A stretch of 64,000 nucleotides of DNA from Eledone cirrhosa (taxonomy: Eukaryota): positions 71,734,001-71,798,000 of the forward strand of contig OZ024746.1 of assembly GCA_964016885.1 (NCBI GenBank), written 5' to 3'. The position numbers and the translations under genes are program-made. Shown here piece by piece: positions 1 through 14,295 of the stretch; the first letter of the stretch is position 1; the number at the start of each line of letters is the position of its first letter. Under the pieces are notes generated by a model. That model searched no databases. It saw only the letters and a list, made by a program, of their open reading frames with translations, and was not told where the DNA came from.

Positions 1-37
1 AACATAAACATATAATACACCCATATATATGTGTATG

Positions 38-72
<35 letters not shown>

Positions 73-81
73 TAGTGTGTG

Positions 82-162
<81 letters not shown>

Positions 163-192
163 ATGTATGTATATATATATATATATATATGC

Positions 193-240
<48 letters not shown>

Positions 241-267
241 TTGTATATATATGTTTATATAAAAATG

Positions 268-301
<34 letters not shown>

Positions 302-304
302 CAC

Positions 305-368
<64 letters not shown>

Positions 369-436
369 GTACATATATACATATATACATATATAGAATT
401 CCCCTTGTAGTACAGTCAACCGAGTATTCGTGTAAA

Positions 437-531
<95 letters not shown>

Positions 532-534
532 GTG

Positions 535-621
<87 letters not shown>

Positions 622-650
622 ATATATATATGTGTATATATATATATATA

Positions 651-689
<39 letters not shown>

Positions 690-719
690 TTGTATATATA
701 TGTTTATATAAAATGTATA

Positions 720-797
<78 letters not shown>

Positions 798-894
798 AAT
801 ATGTATCTATATATACATATACATATATTACATATATAGAATTCCCCTTGTTGTACAGTCAACCGAGTATCTGTGTAAATCTATCTATATATAT

Positions 895-932
<38 letters not shown>

Positions 933-935
933 GAT
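1..935. repeat. (TA)n/(TG)n microsatellite block containing a ~445-bp tandem duplication
   Basis: The unique anchor 'gaattccccttgt(a/t)gtacagtcaaccgagtat' occurs at ~396 and ~839; 'tacatttgtatatatatgtttatataaaa' occurs at ~236 and ~685. Confidence 0.85.
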
Positions 936-948
936 AGATTTCCACATA

Positions 949-1005
949 GAGTCCAGAATTAGCCGTCGAAACGGCTTGAGCTCAGCTGTCGGGGTCTTAC
1001 TGGTT

Positions 1006-1010
<5 letters not shown>
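949..1010 (+). mobile_element. Family B PLE-like terminus (short arm only; hammerhead 3' half GAAAC-stem III-GUC)
   Basis: 'gagtccagaattagccgtcgaaacggcttgagctcagctgtcggggtc...ttcctat(at)n' matches nine other copies in the window. Confidence 0.75.
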
Positions 1011-1040
<30 letters not shown>

Positions 1041-1499
1041 ATATATTGACCCGTGGGTTATAAAGTTTGTTCGGGAATGGTGAGGTCCTAATTTCGATCC
1101 TATTGATTATTTTATGACTGAAATTGTTAGATGGCAACTATACATTAGCCCATCTTATGCACACTAACTGTAGCTATTTTGTATTGAGAGTTACGTTGTG
1201 GTTATCATCCGTGCCTGTGGAATATTCTGTCACTTATACCTTAATTTAATTTTATTAGATATTTCAGTTAACTAAACAACTAAATACTCGTTATAAAAAA
1301 AACGCTAACCCGGACTAATATGGTAACTATTTTTAATGGGTGTTGGAATTAAAGTAATGTAGAGTAATGTTTTTTGTTTGGAAATATCGATGAACCCAAC
1401 AACAAAATTTACGTAACAGAATATAACTTTCTATGAAATCTGTACGATTTAGGATTGTCATACTCCAGTACCTGAAGTAACTAAGCATCTACCTATGGT

Positions 1500-1882
1500 T
1501 AATAATTGCTTCTACTTTAGGCACAAGGCCAGCAAATACCCAGTACATTACTGGTACTTTATTTTATCGACCCCGTAAGAATGAAAGGCAAAGTTAACCC
1601 CGGCGGGATTTGAACTCAAACCGTAAAGGGACGTAACTATGCTAGAAAGCATGGCGTCCAACCTTCTACCGATACTGCCAAAATAATGGTTTCTAATTTA
1701 GGCACAAGGCCAACAATTTTGGAGGAGGGAAAAGTCGATTGAATCGACCCCAGTTTGTTACTGGTACTTTATTTTATCGACACCGTAAGGATGAAAGACA
1801 ACATTAACCTCGGCGGAGGATTTTGACTCATGCCGCAAAGCATGTTATCTGACTTTCTTCCGATAATTCCAAGCCACCGCCC
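1500..1882 (-). mobile_element. Two tandem copies of tRNA-derived SINE family 1
   Basis: Reverse complement of the consensus 'ggcagtatcggtagag...gagttcaaatcccgccgaggttaactttgcctttcatccttacggggtcgataaaataaagtaccag...gccttgtgccaaaagtagaaacaattatt', with Pol III A-box and B-box (GTTCAAATCC) like motifs. Confidence 0.85.
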
Positions 1883-2806
1883 TAACTGATTTTTTAAATA
1901 ATAATTCTGAAATAATGTATACAGCGCCCCTGCAACTACAGTGTGTTTGCTGTGATATGATCACAGTCTAAATTACTCATAGCCAGACTATATATATGTT
2001 TATTTTATATAAACATACCATATATATGTTTATATACGGCTTTATTTTGGTAATTTATGTTTTGATTATTAGTTTTGTTTGATATGTAGTGGATCGATAG
2101 AGTTATTAGAACGTAAGTTTAAATGTCTCGAGAGTTGTACCGGTTCTCTTAGTTCTGTGTTCAAATCCCATCGAAGGCTATTTTGCCTTTCATTCTTTCG
2201 GGCTCGATAAACACAGCAGCAGCCCAGGAATGATAGGTTGAGTTGGTGAAATTCTCTGTCAAACAGGATGGTTTGCGGTATCTATTTTGAATTTTGCCTT
2301 CTGAGTTCTAATTCCAACAAAGTACAGACGGCCAGAGTTAATCATCCGACGACAGGAACAATTCAACCAACGCGCTTCTGATCAACCTGGAAATGAAGGC
2401 CTAAAACCACAATAGATGGTAAGGCTTCATCCAGCAGTGGATGGAAAATGGTTGGCTATTGTTGAATGGATATATAATATATTTCTCCCTGGGGCTTTAT
2501 GAGATCTGCTATCTAGTGTCAATTGGTTTGGCATGGCTTCGTGAAGAATCAAGCTTCTGTAGAATATTATCTTGAATAAAGAAATCTATCTTCTGAATGT
2601 TGGTCAGACATGACGTTGGAAGAGCCGAGGAAATGTAAGGTAATATCTTTGTTGGAAAATACGCATAGCTGGCATTCGATTTGATATTATGACCAATCGA
2701 TAGACAGAACGACACCGTAAACACACAGTCAAACAAATGGACACACAAATATACACATATAAATACGCATATACATACACTCCACTCACCGAATCACATA
2801 TACCAA

Positions 2807-2839
<33 letters not shown>

Positions 2840-2925
2840 TACATACGATCGCACACACATATTTATATATATATATAAATGTTTGTGTGTGTTTGTCTAT
2901 GTATGCATATATATGCATATGTGTG

Positions 2926-2993
<68 letters not shown>

Positions 2994-3269
2994 CATACAT
3001 ATGTATATAAATATACAAATATACATAGGAAGAGAGAAAGAGATTGAAATAGAGAAGAGAAATTAAATTACATGTAATCGTCTGCACGTTCTATTGTACG
3101 TATAGAGACAAACAGAGAAATACAGGGAGAAAGAGAAAATGTGGGCCTTCGTTCATGAGTGTGTATATCTTTATGTGTGCGAGTGTTTGGGGTGAATAGT
3201 GAAAATATAAAGAGATTCGAGAGAAAAATAGGTTCAGTGGGATAGCGGATGCATTAAACAAAAGCGCGG

Positions 3270-3363
3270 GTTAAAGGCGCGATACATGGCCGCCATCTTT
3301 GATTTACTTGAACTACGTTAAAGGCGCGATACATGGCCGCCATCTTTGATTTACTTGAACTAC
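3270..3363. repeat. Perfect 47-bp direct tandem duplication containing a YY1-like motif (GCCGCCATCTTT)
   Basis: 'gttaaaggcgcgatacatggccgccatctttgatttacttgaactac' occurs twice, at 3270 and 3317. Confidence 0.85.
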
Positions 3364-3446
3364 TCTTTCGTTCTCTCATTACTTTTCCCTCTGCCATTGT
3401 TTCTCACAATATCTTTTCCTTCTTCACCTCTCACTCTCTATAAATA

Positions 3447-3657
<211 letters not shown>

Positions 3658-3659
3658 AT

Positions 3660-3714
<55 letters not shown>

Positions 3715-3725
3715 CATATATATAT

Positions 3726-3806
<81 letters not shown>

Positions 3807-4202
3807 AATATATATATATGCATATATATTTATATATGTATATATATATGTATATATACATATACATATATATATATATATGTATATATATACATATATA
3901 TATATATATACATATATATATAATTGTGTGTGTGTGTATGTGTGTGAGTGTGTGTGTGTGTGCGTGTCTGTGCGCCTGCGTGCGTGTGTGTGTGTGTCAG
4001 TATATATTCAATGCCAGCGCCTCTACTACCACTAACACCACCAGCTCTCATTATCCCTTCTCGCCACAGACTCCTGTCATAATTTCTCTTCCATAGCTTT
4101 TGTATCTTTGGCTCTGCACCTTATTGGGAAATAGTAATAATAACAGCCATGATTGCGACAACAGTAGTGATGATTATGTTGCTGCAGGTAATGATAATGA
4201 TG

Positions 4203-4623
4203 AGAAGAAGAAGAAGAAGAAGAAGAAGAAGAAGAAGAAGAAGAAGAAGAAGAAGAAGAAGAAGAAGAAGAAGAAGAAGAAGAAGAAGAAGAAGAAGAAG
4301 AAGAAGAAGAAGAAGAAGAAGAAGAAGAAGGAGGGGGAGAAGAAGAAGAAGAAGAAGAAGAAGAAGAAGAAGAAGAAGAAGAAGAAGAAGAAGAAGAAGA
4401 AGAAGAAGAAGAAGGAGGAGGGGGAGAAGAAGAAGAAGAAGAAGAAGAAGAAGAAGAAGAAGAAGAAGAAGAAGAAGAAGAAGAAGAAGAAGGAGAAGGA
4501 GAAGAAGAAGAAGAAGAAGAAGAAGAAGAAGAAGGAGGAGGGGGAGAAGAAGAAGAAGAAGAAGAAGAAGAAGAAGAAGAAGAAGAAGAAGAAGAAGAAG
4601 AAGAAGAAGAAGAAGAAGAAGAA
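4203..4623. repeat. (GAA)n trinucleotide array with GAG/GGG interruptions
   Basis: Seen directly; it explains the poly-K/R/L ORFs. Confidence 0.95.
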
Positions 4624-4794
4624 CGATGATGATTTCTTTAATTACACACAAAAACTGAAACTCGACTCTATATGTATGGTGCTATCCTCTATTGGTTGTG
4701 TAGGAAAGACTTGGTTGCCAGGAGATTTCGAGTGAGAAAAGAATGAATTAGACAGAAAAAGAGAGAGGAAAATAGAAAAATGAATGATGAAATA

Positions 4795-5595
4795 CCAAAT
4801 CTAACATCGGTGGGATTTGAACTCAGCAACTAAATCGCCGTAAGTTAATGTCTCAAAGCATTTCCTCCGATACACTGCCAATCCATCACTCTCATAACAA
4901 TCGTTTCTAATTTGGGCACAAGCCTAGCAATTTTGTTGCGGAGGGGTGTAATCCAATTAAATTGGTCAGAGCAGTTAAGTGATACTTTAATTTATCGATA
5001 ACTAATTATGACAATAATAATTTCTAATTAAGGCACAGAGCCAGCAGTTTTGGTGGGATTGAGAAATCGATTATATTGACCCCAGTACATAACAGATAAG
5101 TCGGAGAATTAGCAGAGTCGTTGGAAAGTCAAGAAGGTTAACTTCACATTTCATCATTTCAAGGTTGATAAAAAAATACCAGTCCAGAACTGGTCTTTTC
5201 AATCTAAATTTCTTTTTCCTTTTTCTATTAAACTGTATTTAGATGATATATTCCATAAATAAAATTGTATATAATTTTTAAACTGCCCTAAAATTCTTCA
5301 TCTTTATCTCTTCCTCTCTATCAGTCATTCCTCTCTCTCTCTCTCTCTCTCTCTCTGTCACTTTTCTGGGAGAAGTGATAGGCTCTGTCTGGTTTAAAGT
5401 ATGTCATTACAGCGCCATTACAACTCCACCAGGAATTACGGGTTCATATATATCATACATATTTAACTGCTACCTTACTTTATTGACCCGGAAGGATGAA
5501 AGGCAAATTTGACCTCGATGGGATTTGAACGTAAAGAGCCGGATAAAATACCGCAAAGCATTTTGTTAGATGTTCTAACGATTTTGCCAACCTAA
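4795..5595 (-). mobile_element. Cluster of degenerate SINE family 1 fragments
   Basis: 'gggatttgaactc', 'tttctaatt..ggcaca(a/g)..ccagca', and 'ggatgaaaggcaaatttgacctcgatgggatttgaac' at ~5490-5530. Confidence 0.6.
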
Positions 5596-5981
5596 CACTC
5601 TATAAAAACTCATTATAATAATATTGATAATAATAATAACAACGATTTCTAACTTTTATTGCCTCCAAGGACGAAATATGAAGAGTGGCCGACATTGCAT
5701 GGACATATAAAGCGAAGCACTTATCTTCAGCAGAAAGCTACAATGATACTTTGTGGATGCGGGCCACACCAGAAGCTTATAAAAGACAAACACTACCTAG
5801 TCGCCATTGTTGTTGTTGTTGCAGTTGCTGGTTTTGTAGTTGTTGCTGTTGGTGGTGTGGTTGTTGCTGTTGTTAATGCTGGTGTTGTTGTTGTGTTGGT
5901 GGCTAGCTTGAGCAAGCAGTGTTTGTTTGTGTGTTTGTTTCTCCGTTTTAAACCGATGCAAAACAATATATGTATATATGG

Positions 5982-6054
<73 letters not shown>

Positions 6055-6108
6055 ATATATATATATAGAGAGAGAGAGAGAGAAGGGGGGAGACAAACAC
6101 ACACACAG

Positions 6109-6176
<68 letters not shown>

Positions 6177-6574
6177 TGGTGAGACGAAAGCAAAAATAAA
6201 ATAATATACAATAAAATAAATAGCTAAGAGCGAGTTTTTTGTTGTTTTTTATCCATTTTTTTCATCACCAATGAAAACCCTCATCGCTAGATTTGTTTCA
6301 AGTATCATCTGAAGAGGAGTATAACAGAACAACAACAACAAAAATTAATACAGCATACCATATCAACAACAACATGAAGTTAAAAGAATTAACAACGAGA
6401 AAAAACAAGAACTGAGACTTGAATAGCCTCGAGGTGAACATTTCAAAAAGATGTGTCAAAAATAGACGGATTGAACTTGTGTTGATGTTGCTGTTGTTGG
6501 TGGTGGTGGTGTTGGGTAGTAAGGGGTGCCATCGGTAGTTGTGGTGGTGGTGGTGGTGTTTTGAGGGTGGTATA

Positions 6575-6825
6575 GGGTTTGGCAGAATCATTTAGCGTGT
6601 TGGACAAAATGCCTTGCGGTATTAATTCTGGCTCTTTACTACGTTCTTAGTTCAAATCCCGCCGATTTTTGCTTCGGCATAAATCCTTTTTTCGTCTATC
6701 TTGAACTATACGCACTGAGTTCAAATCCTAGGTCCATATCTAGGTCGATTTTGTTTTTCATCCTTCCGGGATCGACAAAACAAACTGCTAGCCAAGTACT
6801 GGGTCGAAAGAATCGACTTTATCCA
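6575..6825 (+). mobile_element. Degenerate SINE family 1 copies
   Basis: 'ttggcagaatc...agttcaaatcccgccg' and 'gagttcaaatcc...tcatccttccgggatcgacaaaa'. Confidence 0.6.
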
Positions 6826-6888
6826 AATTGCATACCAACGTAGATACACGAACACACAGGCACACAAACTTACATTTACAGACAGACA

Positions 6889-6954
<66 letters not shown>

Positions 6955-7202
6955 CATGCATACATACATACAGGCACATACATACATACATACATACATG
7001 AATACATACATGCATAGCATACGTACATACATACACCCATACAATCATACATACATGCATACATAAATGCATTTCTACATACAATACGTTGATACACATA
7101 CACACATACGGTGCATACAAATGCACACGAAGGGCTATCAACACGCGCACGGACACAGACACACACACTCACGCATATATATATATAAATATACATATAT
7201 AC

Positions 7203-7312
<110 letters not shown>

Positions 7313-7894
7313 GTATATATAATTACAGATGCACATACACATGCGCGCGCACAAACACACATACACACCCATACACACAAGCGCACGCACAAGTACACAC
7401 GGACATATACACAGACAGAACGGAAGTGACGTTGAACTTTTTATTATTTTTTCTTTATTGAACGATTGATAGCTTAGTTCCGTCTGGACTTCCGCCGGAA
7501 CTTGGCCTTTCCGCCGGCTTACTCTTCATCTCCTCCTTACACACCACAGTCTATTGAAACTGTTAACACCATCAATACCAACACCACTACCGCAACCAAC
7601 ACGACCAACACGAACATCGCCAACACCCTCACAATCACACCACCACAAGCAACACTAATAACTTAAACAACACCAATAGCTTCACCAACACCTCCAAAAC
7701 CACCACATTACCACAATCTCCTACGCCACCAACACCAGCACCGCAACCAACACCATCAAACCGACCAATAGCACTAGCTCCACAAAAGCCACCAACAGCA
7801 CCAACATACCAACACCACCAACACCAACACCAACACCACTATCCCCACCAGTACCACTAACAGCACCAACACCACTAGCTTCACCAATATCGCC

Positions 7895-8094
7895 NNNNNN
7901 NNNNNNNNNNNNNNNNNNNNNNNNNNNNNNNNNNNNNNNNNNNNNNNNNNNNNNNNNNNNNNNNNNNNNNNNNNNNNNNNNNNNNNNNNNNNNNNNNNNN
8001 NNNNNNNNNNNNNNNNNNNNNNNNNNNNNNNNNNNNNNNNNNNNNNNNNNNNNNNNNNNNNNNNNNNNNNNNNNNNNNNNNNNNNNNNNNNNNN
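7895..8094. other. Assembly gap (200 N)
   Basis: Run of N. Confidence 1.
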
Positions 8095-8609
8095 GAGAGG
8101 GGGAGAGAGAGAGAGACGGAAGCAGTGAGTGAAAGAAAGAGAACACCAACGTACACACACTATCACCACTACCAGCATAACCACCACCAACAACAATACC
8201 AATACCAGTACCAGACAATCTTGACCCCCTAACCAAAGCTATACTAGCACCACCACCGCCACCAACATACCATCACCACCATCATAATACCACCACCATT
8301 CTAACATCACTATCTTACCAGCAATTAGAGGTGTAAGGGAGAATACAAAACCAAATCGTGCATGTTAAGGAGTCACAGATGAAAGAGATTGTTGCTACGT
8401 GACATTCTTTGGTCAATTTAATCTCTTCTTTCTAATAGGGACGGCTGTTGTTATTGTTGTTGTTTTGTCTTGGGTCGCCTAGGGCTCAGCATCTTTGAAT
8501 CAAAGTATGTAGTAACTGACTAAGATACAGCACCAGCGGTGTATTAAGGTATCATGGAACCATGGTTGACCTGCACATCGAAGTTTTGGCATATTATTTT
8601 TTATAGCAA

Positions 8610-8778
8610 AGTAGAGAGTCGGACGCCATGCTTTCCAGCATAGTTACGTCCCTTTACGGTCTGAGTTCAAATCCCGCCGAGGTTAACTTTGCCTTTCATC
8701 CTTACGGGGTCGATACAATAAAGTACCAGTAATGTACTGGGTATTTGCTGGCCTTGTGCCAAAAGTAGAAAATTATTT
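8610..8778 (+). mobile_element. SINE family 1 copy
   Basis: Near-consensus match from 'gtagagagtcggacgccatgc' to 'gtagaaaattatt'. Confidence 0.9.
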
Positions 8779-9039
8779 TTTATAGCAAAAAAAAAAAATA
8801 TTATAATTTGGGATATCTTAAATATTGTGGTGTCTCTGGCTATATTCCACTAAGTCATCCCTCATTAATTCATCACTTATGCCTGTCTTTATGTACATAT
8901 GTATATATGCATACACACATCAGAGTTTTCCCTCCCCTTGAGTAATGTCCTAACAAAAACCGAGGGTCTCTCACTTCCCGATAGCCCAACCGCAATCGGG
9001 CACCAAATTGAATATTTCCATGTCCTTGTGTAATAAATC

Positions 9040-9372
9040 CCTTATGTAAAACCTGCAATCCGCTGGCATCCAATGATGTTGAACTGTTCTTCTTTTTGCA
9101 TACCTGTGACCGTTGGTCAAAGACTGGGATTAGTGCAATGCAAAGCCCTTCTTCACTTAAAAAAGCTTCAAGCACAGGCATCACTTGATCTAAACATATT
9201 TCACATATGTTGCGTGAGCATGGACGGCCGTAGCCAGAAAAGACCTTCTTTTCGTTGCTGCATATGCTGAAAGGAATGTAAGCTCTTGGAAGTGGTAAAA
9301 TTCCTGTTCGTACCACTTATGTGTGAGGAAAGGATCAAGTGATGGCAATTCTTGAAATCGAGATGCAGCCAT
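9040..9372 (+). mobile_element. Diverged copy of RTE-derived short non-autonomous element
   Basis: 'ctgcaatccgctggcatccaatgatgttgaactgttcttc' and a 3' '...gatgcagccat' resemble the 21408-22007 and 30490-30942 elements. Confidence 0.55.
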
Positions 9373-9422
9373 TATGTACAAACACACACACACACTCACA
9401 CACACTCACACACACACACACA

Positions 9423-9514
<92 letters not shown>

Positions 9515-9517
<3 letters not shown>

Positions 9518-9695
9518 GTATAAGATTATCCCGGGTTTAATCGGGGGTAACAAAGCAGAGTATAAATGTTTAATATAGAAAAGCTTCTACAGGACTAGAA
9601 CTGTTTCATTCGTGAGAAATCATCAGAAAGCTCATCATGATTTCTCACGAATGAAACAATTCTAGTCCTGTAGAAGCTTTTCTATATTAAATTAT

Positions 9696-9700
<5 letters not shown>
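9515..9700. mobile_element. Family A fold-back PLE-like terminus with hammerhead on the minus strand (9584-9630)
   Basis: Inverted arms 'tttaatatagaaaagcttctacaggactagaa...' / '...ttctagtcctgtagaagcttttctatattaaa'. The minus strand reads CTGATGA-TTTCTCACGAAT-GAAAC-AGTTCTA-GTC. Followed by (TA)n. Confidence 0.75.
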
Positions 9701-9748
<48 letters not shown>

Positions 9749-9951
9749 ATACTTGGGGAGGGTCATATTTGTGTAATATTGCCAGAATTAATAATAGAAC
9801 ACACTCACTGTTTGGTTGGTTTTCGCTTCTCGCTGTCTTTTATATCTGCGATCTAACTTAATCGGTCCTCAATGTTGCCATTGACTGACCGACGGTCAAA
9901 AATAATACAGATACAATATAGACACAAACACATATATATAGTTTACATAAT

Positions 9952-9996
9952 TTACATAAATCTTTCGTTGCACATCTGCAACATCGTCAGTGGTGT
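9952..9996 (-). ncRNA. Hammerhead ribozyme-like core (family C)
   Basis: Minus strand CTGACGA-T-GTTGCA-GATG-TGCAAC-GAAA-GATTTA: perfect 6-bp stem II; stems I and III degenerate. Confidence 0.6.
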
Positions 9997-10268
9997 TATA
10001 TTTTTTCTCCTGTTGTGTTGTATGTCTACGCCATTTTTTATTCAGTCTGTCTATATATTTATTTATTTATTTGCTTGTTTGTTTATTTTATTTTGTCTTC
10101 TTTGCGCATGCTGGTTTGCGTGTGTGTATAGTGTTGCGTTTGCTGTGTGACTAGTGTGTATAGTGTTGTGTCTGCTGGGTGACTAGTGTGCGTTTATGTG
10201 CTTGTTGTTATTGTGCTTGTGTATGTATTTATTTATCTTATTTTATTTTATTTTATTTATATACTTAT

Positions 10269-10665
10269 TTATACTTCTCTTAGGTCAGTGTTGTTTGTTT
10301 GGGTGTTGTTGTTGTTCCACTCATTCTTTCTGTTTAGCTTTGGTCTTCTAATTTCTATTTCACTGGCCTCTCTGATTTGCCTATCTGCTGGGTCATTCCT
10401 ATGTTTAGATATTATTCTAATTTCTATGTTGGCTATGTTACCGTCATGTTGTTGTCTAGCATGTTCGTATAGTACTGACCCGTTTTTTCGTCCTTTTAGT
10501 TCCCCCCAGTGTTGGTCTATCCTTTCACCTATGCTACGAGCTGTTTCGCCTATGTATGTTGTTGTCATGTTTCTGCAAGTACCCTCTGTACATCTTTTGC
10601 TATAGACTACGTTTCTAGTTTTACAGTTTATCCGGGGGTTCACCTTACATATGATACATTTCCTA
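10269..10665 (-). pseudogene. PLE GIY-YIG endonuclease domain remnant
   Basis: KCIICK..NCKTRNVVY..C...C...YIGETARSIGERIDQH...SVLYEHARQQH...RQIREA..I...PKLNRKNEW: GIY-YIG motifs with CCHH residues and the C-terminal LN motif of PLE endonucleases. Confidence 0.85.
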
Positions 10666-10699
10666 TTCATCGCCGCTATATATATATATATATATATAT

Positions 10700-10956
10700 A
10701 TACAGTATTTACGTATCGAGAAAGAGAAAAAAGGGGAGGATAGGTGATACATATAGTTATTTGCCAAGTAGCGTATGCCAAAGGTGCTCGATACTAGTGC
10801 CGGCAGTATTAAATATTCGAAGTGTTAATATTTAGTGGGCTAGAGAGTTAGCAGAGCGTAAGCACGTGGGAAAGTAAGAAATCGGAGAATAGACCGTTAT
10901 GCTGTTTTAAATAAACATGTTTTAACCGTCTATTCTCCGATTTCTTACTTTCCCAC

Positions 10957-10958
<2 letters not shown>
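10700..10958. mobile_element. Family D asymmetric fold-back element in (TA)n
   Basis: Arms 'acgtgggaaagtaagaaatcggagaatagac' (10863) and 'gtctattctccgatttcttactttcccacgt' (to 10958); the long arm extends leftwards. Confidence 0.65.
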
Positions 10959-11021
<63 letters not shown>

Positions 11022-11449
11022 ATTCTTTTCTGGTGGCAGGAGCATTTTGACGTTCTTAATTCAAGCTCTGTTATCAGTAATAATTGTTTCTACTTTAGGC
11101 ACAAGGCCAGCAAATACCCAGTGCATTACTGGTACAGTAATAATGTAATTGGTTCCATTCCTCAAAGACCTGAGTTGTCTCTTGAACTATGCTTAAAGGA
11201 AGCATTGTAAGGGTGTCATACTAGCCGTAGCTTAAAATATGTCGGCAAAAATATGATGCAAAATCGTTTTGAGCTCATTGATGTCATCTGGGGAGGTGAT
11301 TGTGTGTCACGGGAGTACAAGAATGCATCTAACCAGTATTTCTTCATAAACAAGGATAGAAAAATTGTTTGCGATTACCCCCCCCCCCTCCTCCCTCTCT
11401 CTCTCTCTATCTATCTATCTATATTTATCTATCTCTTCCCTTGTGTTTT

Positions 11450-11663
11450 GCAGGCAAAATCTCGGCAAGAGTAATTGTTAACAAGATAATCCAACATGTT
11501 ATCAATGACATCTATCCAGAGTCACAATGTGGTTTTAGACCAGGTCACAGTACCATTGACATGAGTGTTTTTCTTCGTCAGGCTGCTGAGAAATTTCGCG
11601 AGAAAACAAAAACAGGCATTGTATATGGTTTTTATAGATCTTACCAAAGCTTTCGACACTGTG
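11450..11663 (+). pseudogene. RTE-clade LINE reverse transcriptase fragment
   Basis: AGKISARVIVNKI....IYPESQCGFRPGHSTIDM..LRQ..EK.REK, then after a frameshift LYMVFIDLTKAFDTV: typical RTE/BovB RT N-terminal motifs. Confidence 0.85.
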
Positions 11664-12233
11664 ACGATCGAATAAAACCAAATGGCTTCTAAAATAACGT
11701 CTCTCAGAAGGCAGATATTTCAAGACTGGTCATAATAAGTGCTGGAAATAGCACTCAAAAATACTCCCGTTATGGCAGCTCTACAAATTTAAAATTTGGA
11801 ATAATTATACAATAATTAGGTTAAATCTACACATATATATTGTATACCAATTAATTTACTCAACAAAGGATGCTGAATGAACATTAAATTCAGTGTGAGA
11901 TATATATAGTGACCTTATGCACATATAGGAGAAGTTTGGAAAATCTTTGGCTCGATTCATTCTTCAAGTGAGTAAATATTTTTATTCTTTCTATATGTAT
12001 GTATTTATTGCTGGCTATCTCTTAAATAGATAGTGTTCATTGAGAGTATATAAATTTATGCCTTTGGCTTAACTTGTTGAGTAACTTAATCAATATGTTT
12101 TATATATATGGATTTAACCTAACCAGCCATGTAATATCTGCCTTCTAGGAGACATTGGTGTATTCGATCGTCTTCCTTAGGCAATAGACTAGCTAATGTA
12201 AAGTGATAGATATATATAGTAAGACCTTAAACC

Positions 12234-12364
12234 CTTATTGATGATTGATGTTCCCTAATCTTGATATTACTTATTAATAAGATCGATGATTTGTGATTGA
12301 ATCCAATCATTAAATCGATTAAAGGCATCATATTCTGGAATGTATCATGAAACGGCCGTATAAG
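12234..12364 (+). ncRNA. Degenerate hammerhead with long stem-II insertion
   Basis: CTTA-TTGATGA-T-TGATGTTCC...GGAATGTATCA-T-GAAAC-GGCC-GTA-TAAG: stem I CTTA/TAAG, palindromic stem III, C3 mutated to T. Confidence 0.5.
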
Positions 12365-12531
12365 TGAACTTTAGACAATCTTAACTTGATTCTTTTCATG
12401 AGTGAGTACATTTATTATTATCATTATATTATTATCATTATATATATGTATATTATACTAGTTGTTTCTCAAATATGAAATAGATTTTTTTTTCATATCA
12501 AGTAATTTTGTGCGTATATATATTTGTCGCA

Positions 12532-12627
12532 TCACCAGTCTGATGAGCAGATTGATACTGGAGTCGGGTCCATAACTCCTATGGGTCACCTTGAGCCAAT
12601 CCTCTGCGAAACGCGCGTAACAGGTGG
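12532..12627 (+). ncRNA. Type I hammerhead ribozyme with extended stem II (family E)
   Basis: TCACCAGT-CTGATGA-GCAGA...TCTGC-GAAAC-GCGC-GTA-ACAGGTGG. Related copies lie at 22583-22780 (-) and 63592-63662 (-, tail only). Confidence 0.75.
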
Positions 12628-12675
12628 ATACGCAATAAATATTTTCATATGTAAATGAAACTTCCTCGTTTTTTC

Positions 12676-12712
<37 letters not shown>

Positions 12713-12715
<3 letters not shown>

Positions 12716-12887
12716 CGAAAGAGGTGTGATAAGGAACCAGAAGGACCATAACGCACCAGATTACTCAATGCTTAGGGTAGTAGAGTGGGTAATAGGAAAA
12801 TGTTTGACCCCGACGACAGAGCTCAAGCAGTTTCGACGTAGCCGTCGAAACGGCTTCAGCCCTGCCGTCGGGGTCAAACATTTTCCA
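12713..12887. mobile_element. Family B fold-back element
   Basis: (TA)n, long arm, 'tttcgacg|tagccgtcgaaa', short arm, (TA)n. Confidence 0.8.
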
Positions 12888-12904
12888 TATATATATATAT
12901 ATCA

Positions 12905-13350
<446 letters not shown>

Positions 13351-14177
13351 AAATATATATATATATGATATATATGCATGTACACACATAAACGCGCGCG
13401 CGCACGGGCACACACACTCATGCATATATGCAAATATGGTCTGTAACTATATTTTCGTCTCTAATGCTATTAGTTTTAATTCACTATTGTATTTAAACTA
13501 TGGGGTGGTAGGAGGGGAAGAATGAAGGAGAGACAGGTCATTGTTTTATTTTGTTTTTTTTATTTTTGTTTGTTTGCTTTGATACTCATGTTATGGTAGT
13601 ATCAACAGCCTTCCTAATGATTTCTCAATAACTAGGGTGGTGGGAGCGTGGCAGAGATAGGGAACGAGTTTTAAGTGGGTAGAAATAACGAAGGAAGAGA
13701 GGAATCAGTATCCATGATATACAGTAGGAGGGAGAGAATGTGGAAGGATAGGGGGGGGGGGGAGACTCATGTGAAGTAATTGTTGTTGTTGTTGTTGTTT
13801 TTATTCTAGGATATTGTATAAAACCCACCAAGTATAAACAGAAACGAATATAAGAAAATTACATAACGATGGCGGCGAAGTGGCAGAGCTGGTCTCTGAG
13901 TTCAAATCCCACCAAGATCGAATCAACCTTAAATTTCATTCTTTCCACTGTCATAAATCGTTCCAAAAGACATGGATCATCAGGTTATAAGTGTTCTCTT
14001 CCTTACTAGCTTCTCGTTATCTGAACATCCCTAAAGGGAGTTTTGGTCTGGATATTATGGGGATAGTGTGAGTAAATTGAATTTCTTTTCCATTCGTCAT
14101 ATTCAAAGAACCAACTTTATTATATGTATGCACTTTATTCAGAGACCATCCCTTAGGAAATCTCACCTCTGTCCATG

Positions 14178-14295
<118 letters not shown>

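Larger units (their letters stand above)
9743..10678 (-). mobile_element. 5'-truncated Penelope-like retroelement: GIY-YIG C-terminus, 3' region with hammerhead, family C terminus; (TA)n on both sides
   Basis: GIY-YIG ORF remnant at 10269-10665, hammerhead core at 9952-9996, end '...gaccctccccaagtataacaat(at)n'. Confidence 0.8.

Noticed and set aside
12713-12887. Interpreting the family A-D hairpins as MITEs or rho-independent terminators
   Set aside because: The arms are asymmetric with variable centres, carry ribozyme halves, and one family links to a GIY-YIG ORF. The host is eukaryotic.
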